Positions 36,557-49,434 of a stretch of 64,000 bases of DNA are shown piece after piece (the stretch's first letter is position 1; each line of letters begins with the position of its first letter). The stretch comes from Nemertoderma westbladi. Taxonomy: Eukaryota; Animalia; Xenacoelomorpha. Under the pieces are notes generated by a model. It was given only the letters and a program-made list of their open reading frames with translations, was not told where the DNA came from and did no database searches. The stretch lies in the NCBI GenBank assembly GCA_032718475.1, contig JAUCBJ010002096.1, forward strand, positions 19,824 through 83,823, in the 5' to 3' direction. A program made the position numbers and the translations under genes.

Positions 36557-36974
36557 CCTGACTGAGCATAATTAATATTAAATTAAATAATTAATTTTTT
36601 ATTTTAATTCAAATTAACTTATTGTGTCAGAAGGTCTAATTGTTGGGTGATTATACATAAGCGAGCATGCATGCGTAACATTTATTGGTTCCATGAGTGT
36701 CGTTGATCTCCACCTCCACTACTCTTCACCTCCATTGACTTAGCTAAAGAGTCAAGGGACTTGACTATATTCGTGGCTCTTTGGGAACGTTATCGATATT
36801 CATAACCGTTCTAGAATAAAGTTTCATAACCGTATCTGAGCGTACTATATTGCCCTCTTTATTTTCGTATGCGTAATAATATGTTATCTTAATTAGCTAA
36901 ATGATGGGTTTGTCAGATCGCACCAACAAACTATTATTTCAGTTTAAAATTTCCTTCAAAAGTATGTAAGTGTA

Positions 36975-37500
36975 GTGTTACGTCATTTTTGGTGCACCAA
37001 AATTAGGGCGTGGCACTTCAAATTTTCAAAATTTCAATATTCGTTAAATACTCGAAAGTTTTGATTTCAACGCATTTTATGGGTTTTCTGGCCCGCTGAA
37101 TCGATTGAAAATAATATAGAAGCCTCAATTCTTAGTGGTGCATCATTTTTGGTGCGCCAAAATTAGGGCGTGGCAAGTAGGCCTACTTCAAATTTTCAAC
37201 ATTTTTCAAAGTTTTCATTTCAACCCATTCTTATAAGTTATATTGACCGCCGAATCGAAAGATAGGAATATAGAAGCCTCAAGTTTTAGTGGTACGTCAT
37301 TATTGGTACACCAATATTAGGGCGTGGTACTTTTTCAAAATTAGAATAAGTGCTACTCCCAAATTTTGGTGCACCAAAAATGTCGAACCACTAAGTCTTC
37401 CGGTTTTCAGCGGTCGAGAAAACCTATACAAATTCGTTGAAATCAAAACTTGGCGGCATTTTCGGAATATTGTATTTTTCAAAATTTGAAGTGCAACGCA
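36975..37500. mobile_element. Foldback-like element of ~157-bp subunits
   Basis: TTTTGGTGCACCAAAATTAGGGCGTGG at ~36987, 37146 and 37301 (direct) and inverted at ~37350-37490. Confidence 0.65.
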
Positions 37501-38426
37501 GGTGCACGAAAAATAGCAACCTGTTCAATTTTCGGAAATGGAATATAATGACATTCGATTCAGCATAGTGAAAAATCTACTAACGCTAGCCAACAATGCC
37601 ACACTATTAGTTTTTAGAATATCAAAAAATTATATATTTTGTCCTGCGACTACTTCTATTTTTCATGAAAATTATTATGTCCACCTTATGAAATTTTAAT
37701 TTTTTTGGATTTGAAAATGTTCTTCGATAATTTTTTCACCTACAGCCCAAATTTCGTAGGATTTCATTGGATGATTACTAAAATACAGTGGGGGGGGGGA
37801 GGGAGAATCGACCCCCGATTGTTGTGACTGCCTGTTGAGAAAGCAATCTGACTACTGAAGCGAAAGCCACCGATCTTCAGACGGTCGCGTCGTCAGCTTT
37901 TTTTACATTTTGTACGGTACACATACATAATATTCTACTTAACTTGCTTACTTAATTAAATTCCATCAAATAACCAGGCAAACGTTCTCCAATCATTTAA
38001 CTACATGTTGCACTTATCATGTATCATCTGCCTATATAGTAAATAGTGTCAGGTTTGGTGATCCTCAACTAGGTTATATAACCGGTTCCACTGTGTTCTA
38101 TAGACATTCATTTCTTATTTCCGTTATCTAGGTTGTGCCAGTATTTTTTTAAATAAGGTAACCTGTTATGTGTCGGTCTAATGAGTTTCAACGGGATACT
38201 TATTGTCAATTTTCGTATCTCTAATGAGCAGATCGACATGGACAACATCTAATGATGTGCCAATCTGTCACCCCAGGCTAATTTATATAACCCGCCCTTT
38301 TTATGATCGAATTTAGTATAGCTTTTGGAATACAATTCAAGCCATTCATTATGACTATGTGATAGTTGTGTTCCTGGGAACTTAGATATTATCTGAAATT
38401 TATCAAATACATAAATTAGAAAATAA

Positions 38427-38802
38427 TTAGAAGACCGTTAGGGCTTATTGCTGTCAAAAATAACGTCTGTTTGTTTGTTTGTTTGTCTGTCTGTATGTTT
38501 GTGCACATTCATACATCCTATAAATTTTTTGGTAAAGTCTGATTTCACCGGTACCTATGGTACCAATGATTGATTATGATATATTGTTGGATGCAGTTCA
38601 CCAAACTGTACAATCACATTAAAAAATAAATCCGATAATCGGTGCTCAAGATATCATCAAATTACATTCAATTAGAAGACCTTTAGGCCTTACTTGTTGA
38701 GAGGTCAAGAATATGTGCCGTTTTAACTCTGTCAAATTGTCCTTCTTAGGGGCTGAGGGGCTGACGATCTTCTTATAGCCAGCCAGCTTTCTGCCTCTCT
38801 AG
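38427..38802 (+). mobile_element. Short Helitron/HINE-like non-autonomous element
   Basis: Subterminal inverted repeat AGAAGACCGT / ACGATCTTCT, a (GTTT/GTCT)n microsatellite near the 5' end, and a CTAG|T end. Confidence 0.5.
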
Positions 38803-40519
38803 TATTATTATTTAGCAATTAAACTCTTTTCCTTGGAATAGGGAACGTTTTGCTTAGAGTTACTTCTAGTTGTGCTGCTCTATGTCTGGATGTTACATAC
38901 CAGAATGATCTAAGAGTACATACAAAATCCAATGGTAAATATGCAGCATATTATAAGCAATGTGGTGGTGCTATACAATAAAGAAAACGCCTTATTGCCA
39001 AAACCTGCACTGCAATCCCAGCTTCCCGGACATTTCGCTATAGCACCAGTCTCTTGTGGTATGGCAAATTCCTGACTTGAACATAAATAGTGGTCAGTCA
39101 ATAACATTCTCCACCTTTTCAAAGACATTGGGCATGAGAATATTGCCGAATATGGAAAGTGTATGGCCAACTGATTGCTTTTGTGTGGCTTTGTTTCTGT
39201 ATCTACTGGCAATGCAATGCAATACAATGCAACATACTGCGGCTTGTCAACTGTGTGTTTATGGATGTCTCTGGATTTTCGACTGAAAAGCCAATGACGA
39301 GTGTACTAATTAAAAAAAATATTTTTGTGACGTTAGGCCAGGGATTACGACTTATTACCAGTGTCCAATGATCCCCCGTGATCTATACTCTATATATTCA
39401 GAAATATACTAATGATTATTCCTCTGGAATACTATCTTTCAAACAGCCCAATCAGCAGCACTAGCAAATTGTTGTAATATTCCTGATCCCATCAACTGAC
39501 GGCTCTGTGTGTTACTGTTATTTAACCCATACAATTACAACGCCGCATCCAGGTCGTCGCCAGCACAAACCCATAGTGGATACACTCTCTCTGTTGCCAA
39601 GGGCGAACACTTAGTCTACTTTGTGGTATACCTTAGATCTGGCTTTGATTTCACCCCATCATTTGGTAAATTGTGTCGGCTGACAGAGCAGCCTGCACCA
39701 TGATATTCCCACATGTTTGTTTCTTAGTGGTGTGGGATTGCCATGGTGTGGCCCCGTAGAGTCGCAGGGTTCTCCCCCCTCCTTGGATATAATCCTGTGC
39801 GATGTGTTGCAAGCGCTATTCATTTACTTGTGACCCTTCGGAAGAGCAATGTAAATGCAAAAAGTTTAATACCAAGTAATTGCATGAAATTAAATACTCT
39901 ATATTCTACATGAATAAAATATGGATAAAGTAACAACATATGCCTAAAGCAGAATACCAAATGCCCATTGTCTTCTAATTAAAAATATTATAAAACTTGG
40001 TCTGCATACATACATCTTCTCTGAATGCAATCACCCCGTTTACCCTTGAAACCAGCTGAATGTCAGATATGTTATGGTGACGGCCTCACAAGTTACGATC
40101 AGAAGAAGGTAACAATTAATTATTTAAAATTTAAATCCGACATTTATACCCCAAGGTGGGACCTATAAACCATAGGTAGCACCTTAGCACAATGTAATAG
40201 GCATTATATGGATTCGGGTGGTTTCATGTTTTAGTATGTACCATCAAATGCTATATCATTAGCAAATAATCATTCTCTTAAAACATCAGTTATGAAAATA
40301 ATATTATAAAGTCGTAATGTGTAATAATTTTCAAAAAAATCACTTATTTGTAGAGTAATTTAATTATCACTAATTACTAAATTAGTAATTGGCGAGTGCT
40401 TATTGTACACTTCTTGTATTTTTTGATTTTGGTCAATTTTCAGAAAATCCTCAATGATGCCAATTGGGCATCAGTCGGATTCTTGATGACAACAATATTA
40501 CCAACCCGAAACAGTTAAA

Positions 40520-41125
40520 ACACGTTCGAGGGGCTTTCGCGCAGCACGAGAGCCTATATTATAAAGTACAATATAATATTGTCTATTAGATATACGAAAA
40601 CACCGTCTTTACCAAAATATATATAAGTGAAGGCGATGCTATCAGTTTGTGATAAACTAGTTGTAAAAACAGAGATCCATTTCAGTTTGCCCTTACACAC
40701 TTTAACTGTCATTTGTAAACCTTCTAACTAGGGCTATTTAAGTTAAGTATGACATTTTTAGTTTTACAATACTCTTCTCCTTCATTAGCCTCGTTGCGCT
40801 CGTCCTGTTTTGACTTAAAATAATCTTCCTAAACGGAGACTAGCGACCTTTATAACTGTGCCTCTCGAAACTGTGAGAGTAACTGTTGATTTATGGCAGG
40901 TGGATACTCGTATCCACTGTAATCTCGTTGCGTTCGTTTTTTTTTTACCAAACTTCCGATTCTTTCTAAACTTTTGCCGGAATACATACGTACCAAGTTT
41001 CGTTTAATCTCATCAAGGAATAACCGAGTTATTAGCGATCAAATATTTATGACGACGACGACGACGACATACAACTCGTTAATGGCGCCCATATGCTAAG
41101 GCTTCGCTCACTTCGGGGCTCGCCC
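40520..41125. mobile_element. Possible HINE/Helitron-like element
   Basis: GC hairpin GGCTTTCGCG...CGAGAGCC at the left; (GAC)n microsatellite and a GC-rich stem at the right. Ends not resolved. Confidence 0.3.
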
Positions 41126-41544
41126 ATCATTTACTATATACTTGCATGCAAGGTATAATGCGATATTTGCCGGACTAAAAACTAATTAAACCAATTAAAT
41201 AAAAAATAACTAAATAATGTGTTTATTTTATTAGTAAATACTAGTAAATCAACAGGATAAAACAAACTTAACAATTACATGTATATTAATTAATATCTTG
41301 ATTTATTTTACGCCGATAAATGATATTTTATAGCAGAAAAGAAATGAATGATGTTATGATGATGTTATGATGTGAATGATGTATTGTTGAGATCATCAGA
41401 GATACATGTTAACCCGGGGAATTGCGTATTAATAATGGGGGGAAAGGTGATTCGCCTTTATACCATTTCTATCCCCGAAACCTTGAGTGGAGGAAGCCAA
41501 ATATCAGTCTCCTTCGTACGCGACCCACAGGGGAGTCTCAAGCA

Positions 41545-41812
41545 TTGTCACTCCTTTAACGACAAGGGTCTCGTTGAGGTGGTGAATGAAGATTTCGGCT
41601 TTATTGTGCACCACACACCGGCGTTGGTTCACCACACACCGTCACTGGTGCATCACACACCGTCAGTGGTGCACCATACACACAGTTATTGGTGCACAAC
41701 AACCGTCAGTGGTGCACCACAGATTGGACAGGGTATACGATGTGGCGTCAGCGTTGATTATCGCGATATCGAAGGACGCCACGCGTTGATTTTCCCAGAC
41801 AACTCGACCCAC
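41545..41812 (-). pseudogene. Third CRE-clade fragment (RLE region) with internal 21-bp expansion
   Basis: Minus strand reads VWENQRVASFDIAIINADATSY and AEIFIHHLNETLV, matching 17350-17600. The TDGVWC-coding 21-mer is repeated about four times. Confidence 0.8.
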
Positions 41813-42220
41813 CAAAAATTAAATTAAACTAGATCTCTGGTAGATCTTTTTGTTTCAAAGTAAGAAGTGTCGAATAATGTGATAGGCTACACTAGCAATG
41901 CTTTGTGCTCGGGGACTAAATAAGCACAGTGGCTGAATCACACCCAGTTACTAAATAAATAAATAATTTGCGCCAGAACGCATTGCCATGAAGTTGCTTT
42001 TAGTTTTAGGGAGACCTACATAACATGAAATATTCATGAGCTCCATCTTTGTAGTTCGCACTTAATTAAAATCCAAAGAAATTTATTGGGTTGACTGAGT
42101 GCAACTCCAATTCAATATACAGTAATGAAAACCAGGCCAATCTCTTCCTATTAGAATTTCATCAATCAATTACCCGACACATTTTGGGAACTCACTTAAT
42201 AAAAGCTTTGGAACAAGGTG

Positions 42221-45200
42221 TGGTGCCAAGTCGGACCGACATGGAGGGGCGAGATGAGGTGCCAAGTCGGACCAACATGGATTAACGAGATGATGTTCCA
42301 AAGCAGACCGACATGGCGGGGCGAGATGAGGTGCCAAGTCAGACCGACAAGGAGGTGCAAGATGAGGTGCTAAGTCGGACCGACATGAGGAGCGAGATGA
42401 AGTGCCAAGTCGGACCAACATGGATTAACGAGATGAGGTTCCAAGACCCGACCAACATGGAGGGGCGAGATGAGGTGCCAAGTCAGACCGACAAGGAGGT
42501 GCAAGATGAGGTGCTAAGTCGGACCTACATGAGGAGCGAGATGAAGTGCCAAGTCGTACCGACATGGAGGGGCGATGAGGTGTCTAGTCGGACCGACATG
42601 GCGGGGCGAGATGAGGTGCCAAGTCGGACCAACATGGATTAACGAGATGAGGTTCCAAGACGGACCAACATGGCGGGATGAGATGAGGTGCCACGTTGGA
42701 CCGACAAGGAGGCGCGAGATGAGGTGCTAAGTCGGACTGACATGAGGAGCGAGATGAAGTGCCAAGTTGGACCGACATGGAGGGGAGATGAGGTGTCTAG
42801 TCGGACCGACATGGCGGGGCGAGATGAGGTGCCAAGTCGGACCGACATGGCGGGGCGAGATGAGGTGCCAAGTCGGACCGACATGGCGGGGCGAGATGAG
42901 GTGCCAAGTCAGACCGACAAGGAGGTGCAAGATGAGGTGCTAAGTCGGACCTACATGAGGAGCGAGATGAAGTGCCAAGTCGTACCGACATGGAGGGGCG
43001 ATGAGGTGTCTAGTCGGACCGACATGGCGGGGCGAGATGAGGTGCCAAGTCGGACCAACATGGATTAACGAGATGAGGTTCCAAGACGGACCAACATGGC
43101 GGGATGAGATGAGGTGCCACGTTGGACCGACAAGGAGGCGCGAGATGAGGTGCTAAGTCGGACTGACATGAGGAGCGAGATGAAGTGCCAAGTTGGACCG
43201 ACATGGAGGGGAGATGAGGTGTCTAGTCGGACCGACATGGCGGGGCGAGATGAGGTGCCAAGTCGGACCGACATGGCGGGGCGAGATGAGGTGCCAAGTC
43301 GGACCGACATGGCGGGGCGAGATGAGGTGCCAAGTCAGACCGACAAGGAGGCGCGAGATGAGGTGCTAAGTCGGACTGACATGAGGAGCGAGATGAAGTG
43401 CCAAGTTGGACCGACATGGAGGGGAGATGAGGTGTCTAGTCGGACCGACATGGCGGGGCGAGATGAAGTGCCAAGTTGGACCGACATGGAGGGGAGATGA
43501 GGTTGCAAGGCTGACCGACATGACGGGGCAAGATGAGGTGCCAAGTCGGACTGTCAACATGGATTAACGAAATGAGGTTCCAAGACGGACCAACGTGGAG
43601 GGGCGAGATGAGGTAGAAGTCGGACCGACATGGAGGGTTGATGAGGTGTCAAGTCAGACCGACATGGAGGGGCGAGATGAGGTGCAAAGTCGGACCGACA
43701 TGGAGGGGCGAGATGAGGTGTCAAGTCGGAACGACATGGTGGATCGAGACGAGGTGCTAAGTCGGACCGACATGAGGGGCGAGATGAAGTGCCAAGTCGG
43801 ACCGACATGGCAAGGCGAGATGAAGTATCAAGTCGGACCAACATGGATTAACGAGATGAGGTTCCAAGATGGACTGCCATGGAGGGGCGAGATGAGGTCC
43901 AAGTCGGACCGAAAAGGAGGCGCGAGATGAGGAGCTAGGTCGGACCGACATGGAGGGGCGAGATGAGGTGCCAAGTCGGACCGACGTGGAGGAGCGAGAT
44001 GAGGTGCTAAGTCGGACCAACATGAGGGGCGAGATGAAGTGCCAAGTCGGACCGATATGGAGGGGCAATGAGGTGTAAAGTCGGACCGACATGGAGGGGC
44101 GAGATGAGGTGCCAAGTCGGACCTACAAGGAGGTGCAATATGAGGTGCTAAGTTGGACCGACATGGAGGGGCGAGATGAGGTGCAAAGTTGGACCGACAT
44201 GAGGAGCGAGATGAAGTGCCAAGTCGGGCCGTCATGGAGGGGCGATCAGGTGTCAAGTCGGACCAACATGGAGGAGCGAGATGAGGTGCCAAGTCAGACC
44301 AACAAGAAGGCACGATATGATGTGCTAAGTCAGACCGAGATGGAGGGGCGAGTTGAGTTTCCAAGTTGGACCAACATGGAGGAGCGAGATGAAGTGCTAA
44401 GTCGGACCAACATGAGGAGCGATATGAAGTGCCAAGTCGGACCGAAATGGAGGGGTGATGAGGTGTCAAGTCGGACCGAAATCGAGGAGCGGGATGAGGT
44501 GCCAATTGGACCAACAAGGAGGCTCGAGATTAGGTGCTAAGTCGGACTGACATGGAGGAGCGTAATGAGGTGCCAAGTCGGACAGACAAGGAGGCGCGAG
44601 ATGAGGTGGCAAGTCGGACCGACATGGAGGAGTGAGATGAGGTGCTAAGTCGGACCGACATGGAGGAGTGAGATGAGGTGCTAAGTCGGACCGACATGAG
44701 GAGCGCGATGAGGTGCTAAGTCGGACCGACATGAGGAGCGAGATGAGGTGCCAAGTCGGACCGACATGGAGAGGCAGCGAGATGAGGTGCCAAATTAGAC
44801 TGGCATGGCAGGGCGGCGAGATGAGGTGCCAAATCGTACCGACATGGAGGGGCGGCGAGATGAGGTGCCAAATCGGACCAACATGGAGGGGTGGCGAGAC
44901 AAGGTGCCAAGTCGGATGGATGTGGAGGAGCAAGATGAGGTGCCAAGTCGGACCGACATAGAGTATCAATATGAGGTGCCAAGTCGGACCAACATGGAGG
45001 GGCAGCGAGATGAGGTGCCAAATAGTACCGACATGGAGGGGCGAGCGAGATGAGGTGCAAAATCGGACCAACATGGAGGGGTGGCGAGACAAGGTGCCAA
45101 GTCGGATGGATGTGGAGGAGCAAGATGAGGTGCCAAGTCGGACCGACATAGAGTATCAATATGAGGTGCCAAGTCGGACCAACATGGAGGGGTGGCGAGA

Positions 45201-47100
45201 CAAGGTGCCAAGTCGGATGGATGTGGAGGAGCAAGATGAGGTGCCAAGTCGGACCGACATAGAGTATCAATATGAGGTGCCAAGTCGGACCAACATGGAG
45301 GGGCAGCGAGATGAGGTGCCAAATAGTACCGACATGGAGGGGCAGCGAGATGAGGTGTCAAGTCGAATCGACATGGAGGGGCGGCGAGATGAGGTGTCAA
45401 ATCGGACCGACATGGAGGGGCAGCGAGGTGAGGTGCCAAATCGGACCGACATGGAGGGGCGGCGAGATGAGGTGCCAAATCGGACCGACATGGAGGGGCG
45501 AGCGAGATAAGGTGCCAAATCGGACCGACAAGGAGGTGCAAGATGAGGTGCTAAGTAGGACCGACATGAGGAGCGAGATGAAGTGCCAAGTCGGACCAAC
45601 ATGGATTAACGAGATGAGGTTCCAAGACCCGACCAACATGGAGGGGCGAGATGAGGTGCCAAGTCAGACCGACAAGGAGGTGCAAGATGAGGTGCTAAGT
45701 CGGACCGACATGAGGAGCGAGATGAAGTGCCAAGTCGGACCAACATGGATTAACGAGATGAGGTTCCAAGATGGACTGCCATGGAGGGGCGAGATGAGGT
45801 CCAAGTCGGACCGAAAAGGAGGCGCGAGATGAGGAGCTAGGTCGGACCGACATGGAGGGGCGAGATGAGGAGCTAGGTCGGACCGACATGGAGGGGCGAG
45901 ATGAAGTGCCAAGTCGGACCGACGTGGAGGAGCGAGATGAGGTGCTAAGTCGGACCAACATGAGGGGCGAGATGAGGTGCAAAGTTGGACCGACATGAGG
46001 AGCGAGATGAAGTGCCATGTCGGGCCGTCATGGAGGGACGATCAGGTGTCAAGTCGGACCAACATGGAGGAGCGAGATGAGATGCCAAGTCAGACCAACA
46101 AGAAGGCACGATATGATGTGCTAAGTCAGACCGAGATGGAGGGGCGAGTTGAGTTTCCAAGTTGGACCAACATGGAGGAGCGAGATGAGGTGCTAAGTCG
46201 GACCAACATGAGGAGCGATATGAAGTGCCAAGTCGGACCGAAATGGAGGGGTGATGAGGTGTCAAGTCGGACCGAAATCGAGGAGCGGGATGAGGTGCCA
46301 ATTGGACCAACAAGGAGGCTCGAGATTAGGTGCTAAGTCGGACTGACATGGAGGAGCATAATGAGGTGCCAAGTCGGACAGACAAGGAGGCGCGAGATGA
46401 GGTGGCAAGTCGGACCGACATGGAGGAGTGAGATGAGGTGCTAAGTCGGACCGACATGGAGGAGTGAGATGAGGTGCTAAGTCGGACCGACATGAGGAGC
46501 GCGATGAGGTGCTAAGTCGGACCGACATGAGGAGCAAGATGAGGTGCCAAGTCGGACCGACATGGAGAGGCAGCGAGATGAGGTGCCAAATTCGACTGGC
46601 ATGGCAGGGCGGCGAGATGAGGTGCCAAATCGTACCGACATGGAGGGGCGGCGAGATGAGGTGCCAAATCGGACCAACATGGAGGGGTGGCGAGACAAGG
46701 TGCCAAGTCGGATGGATGTGGAGGAGCAAGATGAGGTGCCAAGTCGGACCGACATAGAGTATCAATATGAGGTGCCAAGTCGGACCAACATGGAGGGGCA
46801 GCGAGATGAGGTGCCAAATAGTACCGACATGGAGGGGCGAGCGAGATGAGGTGCAAAATCGGACCAACATGGAGGGGCAGCGAGATGAGGTGTCAAGTCG
46901 AATCGACATGGAGGGGCGGCGAGATGAGGTGTCAAATCGGACCGACATGGAGGGGCAGCGAGGTGAGGTGCCAAATCGGACCGACATGGAGGGGCGGCGA
47001 GATGAGGTGCCAAATCGGACCAACATGGAGGGGCGGCGAGATGAGGTGCCAAATCCGACCGACATGGAGGGGCGAGCGAGATAAGGTGCCAAATCGGTCC
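42221..47100. repeat. 36-bp satellite (~135 units, ATGGAGGGGCGAGATGAGGTGCCAAGTCGGACCGAC) with higher-order duplications
   Basis: 34-, 36- and 39-bp variants. Identical or near-identical ORF-track peptides are offset by 426 bp (42584/43010) and 1796 bp (44713/46509). Confidence 0.97.
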
Positions 47101-47782
47101 GAAATCCTCAATGGGATAATATAGGGTAATATATAGGTGCAAGCACAATGTTTCCAATAGGCATCCTGTTTTTTATATTTGTATATTTATGTACAAATCG
47201 TTAACTCGATGCCATATATATTTTCACCGCAATTTCGTGAATGGTTGTGATGGGTTGAAATACTGTGGTGCGAACAAATGACTGATACTAGCAATAATTG
47301 CACATCGATAAGGATCAATACTACCAATATTTTTTTATTGTTTATTTCACATTTGCAATGCAACAAAAAAAGTCGGATGGTTGGTTTATTTGTGTTCACC
47401 TTATATTATTATGAACTAGAACACCAAACGTACACAACTATTAAATTATATAAAGCCAATGGCTGAGTTCGTGCTATTATCAACAAAAATGATCTGTCAA
47501 CTTTTCCACTTGAAGTTTAATTGATAGGAAAGGTAGTCAACGCGATTTATAAAGGATTACTACTTCGTGGGTCCCAATTAGTCGTTCTGCTGTTAACGTA
47601 TAATCCCACACTATTGAAGCTGCGTCCTGGAGACACTAGCCTAAAGGCGTGGGCCTGTGGGCGTGGCGCCACATCAGTGTCTCAGATAACAAGCGCGAAA
47701 TCGCGCAAAGGTCCGGGTCTACTAACACATGAACTGTCTCCTTGAATGGCTTAGTACCAATCTTACAACAAAAAAACATTCA

Positions 47783-47856
47783 CCGGAATGGGGGGATTGA
47801 ACTCGCTACCTAGAGATTCTAAGTCCCACGCTCTACCATCTGAGCTAGGGCTGGGG
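47783..47856 (-). pseudogene. tRNA-derived pseudogene or SINE head (tRNA-Lys-like body)
   Basis: TAGCTCAGATGGTAGAGC (A-box), GGGA-CTTAGAA-TCTC arm and GAGTTCAATCCC (B-box); the acceptor stem does not pair. Confidence 0.65.
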
Positions 47857-48118
47857 TAAAACAGACTGTAAACAAGGGGGGAAAAGAATTACGCGGAAAA
47901 ATGACCAGAGAGGGAGGAAAAACGCAGAGAGAAAGGAAAAACGCAATAATGTATTTTTCTACCATACATATTTTTATTAGAATTATTATACTTTGTAAAT
48001 ATTGAAACATCAATATTAATATTATACAGTATGAGAACATGTAATATACATATAGAGCATTGTACATTATACAGTAACTTATACAAATTTAACTTATTCA
48101 GCAAATAAATATATTATC

Positions 48119-48499
48119 CTTTACGTTTACACGTGGAAAATTTTAGATCAACTTTCTCGGCAAACTAGCAACTTTTTTTGGAGCAACTTAATTTAATCGC
48201 TGTTTACACGTGGTAACTTTACCAGCAACATGGCCGGCAACTTTTAGAGCAACTTGGCGAGTTTAACTGTAAAATAGTGGGTCATTTTATCTACTAGCTA
48301 GTTTTTGATAATTTAATTTGATTATCCCGCTTTAATTCCCCAACGCAAATTCCTTCAAGTTGCCGTAAAAGTTGAGCAAATTTTACGGCAATTTTTTCAG
48401 CAACTTACGTGTTTACACGGAGCAACATGATCGGCAACCTGGTTTGCTCTACAAGTTGCCGAGAAAGTTGCTCTAAAAGTTGCCACGTGTAAACAGGCC
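48119..48499. mobile_element. MITE, PIF/Harbinger-like
   Basis: ~45-bp imperfect TIRs GTTTACACGTGG.AA.TTTTAGA.CAACTTTCTCGGCAA; right end ...GTAAACAGGCC|TTA; internal GCAACT/AGTTGC repeats. Confidence 0.7.
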
Positions 48500-49109
48500 T
48501 TAAGGCAAGGATATGCTCATTGCTCATCTCAAAGATCCATTAGTTTTCCAATAATTTTCAAACACTAATAATTATTTTTCAGGGCCAACGATATGGAACT
48601 CTGATTCCTCTGCTGACGTAAAACATAAAAAATCTAAAGTACCCTTTTCGAAATAGATCACCTTCTAAAATATTAAATTAAAGTACACTGTAAACAATCA
48701 ATAAAACATAGATTTTACCAATTTTCCATAACCTTTTCCATCCAATATTTTATATTTATGTATTTCCTATCTCGACTCATTAGTTTAGTTTTATATACCT
48801 GGATCAGCATCGGAACTCCAGTGAAACAATTGATTGCGCTGTAGATTAACTTAGGATAATTAATTATTTGCGTATCAACAACAACAGTAACAATCTCACA
48901 CCTCACAATTCACATAATAGTAATATCCACAATATCCATAATAGTAATAGCCCCCTTTTTTTTGCAAACACTGCACACCACCGCTACCTGCCCGGCACTC
49001 CCAGACAATACATTGGGCTATAATAATAGCCATGTCATTGTCCAAAGTATTATTGTTACTTAACTTTTAATATTGCAATTATACAATACTGTATATAATA
49101 CTCTATATG

Positions 49110-49308
49110 TGTTATATCCTTATAGGCCATGCCGGATACTGTCTTGGGTGACGGGTTGGACTATGTATGTACCGCAGTACCCTGACTATTGTATCTGTAC
49201 CAGGCTAGCAATATTAGCACTGGACCCACTGATGACTGATATTATATTATACATTATATATATTGTGACCTCATATATTATATTACATATATGGTTGGGA
49301 ACACATCA
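49110..49308 (+). repeat. Gypsy 5' LTR
   Basis: TGTTATATCC...GAACACATCA, same as 53988-54186. Confidence 0.95.
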
Positions 49309-49327
49309 TGGCGCAGAGTGTAGGATT
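49309..49327 (+). promoter_or_regulatory. Primer-binding site (probably tRNA-Ser)
   Basis: TGGCGCAGAGTGTAGGATT immediately after the LTR; complementary to a tRNA 3' end AAUCCU...GCG-CCA. Confidence 0.75.
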
Positions 49328-49434
49328 ATTCTCAGCATCACAGATACATAATTAATACTGTAATAAACGGCTGGGTACCGGTATCGTATTGCTCTATCCT
49401 GCTATCCGTCAACCTACCGGTACTGCGATTCGGT

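Noticed and set aside
38950-39780. Second GPCR exon or other host exon
   Set aside because: No TM2 signature. At most a faint resemblance to a decayed integrase, too weak to annotate.
42221-47100. CRISPR array or repetitive protein (MEGRDEVPSRTD)n
   Set aside because: No unique spacers and no cas genes. The 34-bp variants and TAA-containing units break every frame, so the ORFs are by-products of the repeat.
47783-47856. Functional tRNA-Leu(TAG)
   Set aside because: Acceptor stem unpaired and no long variable arm.
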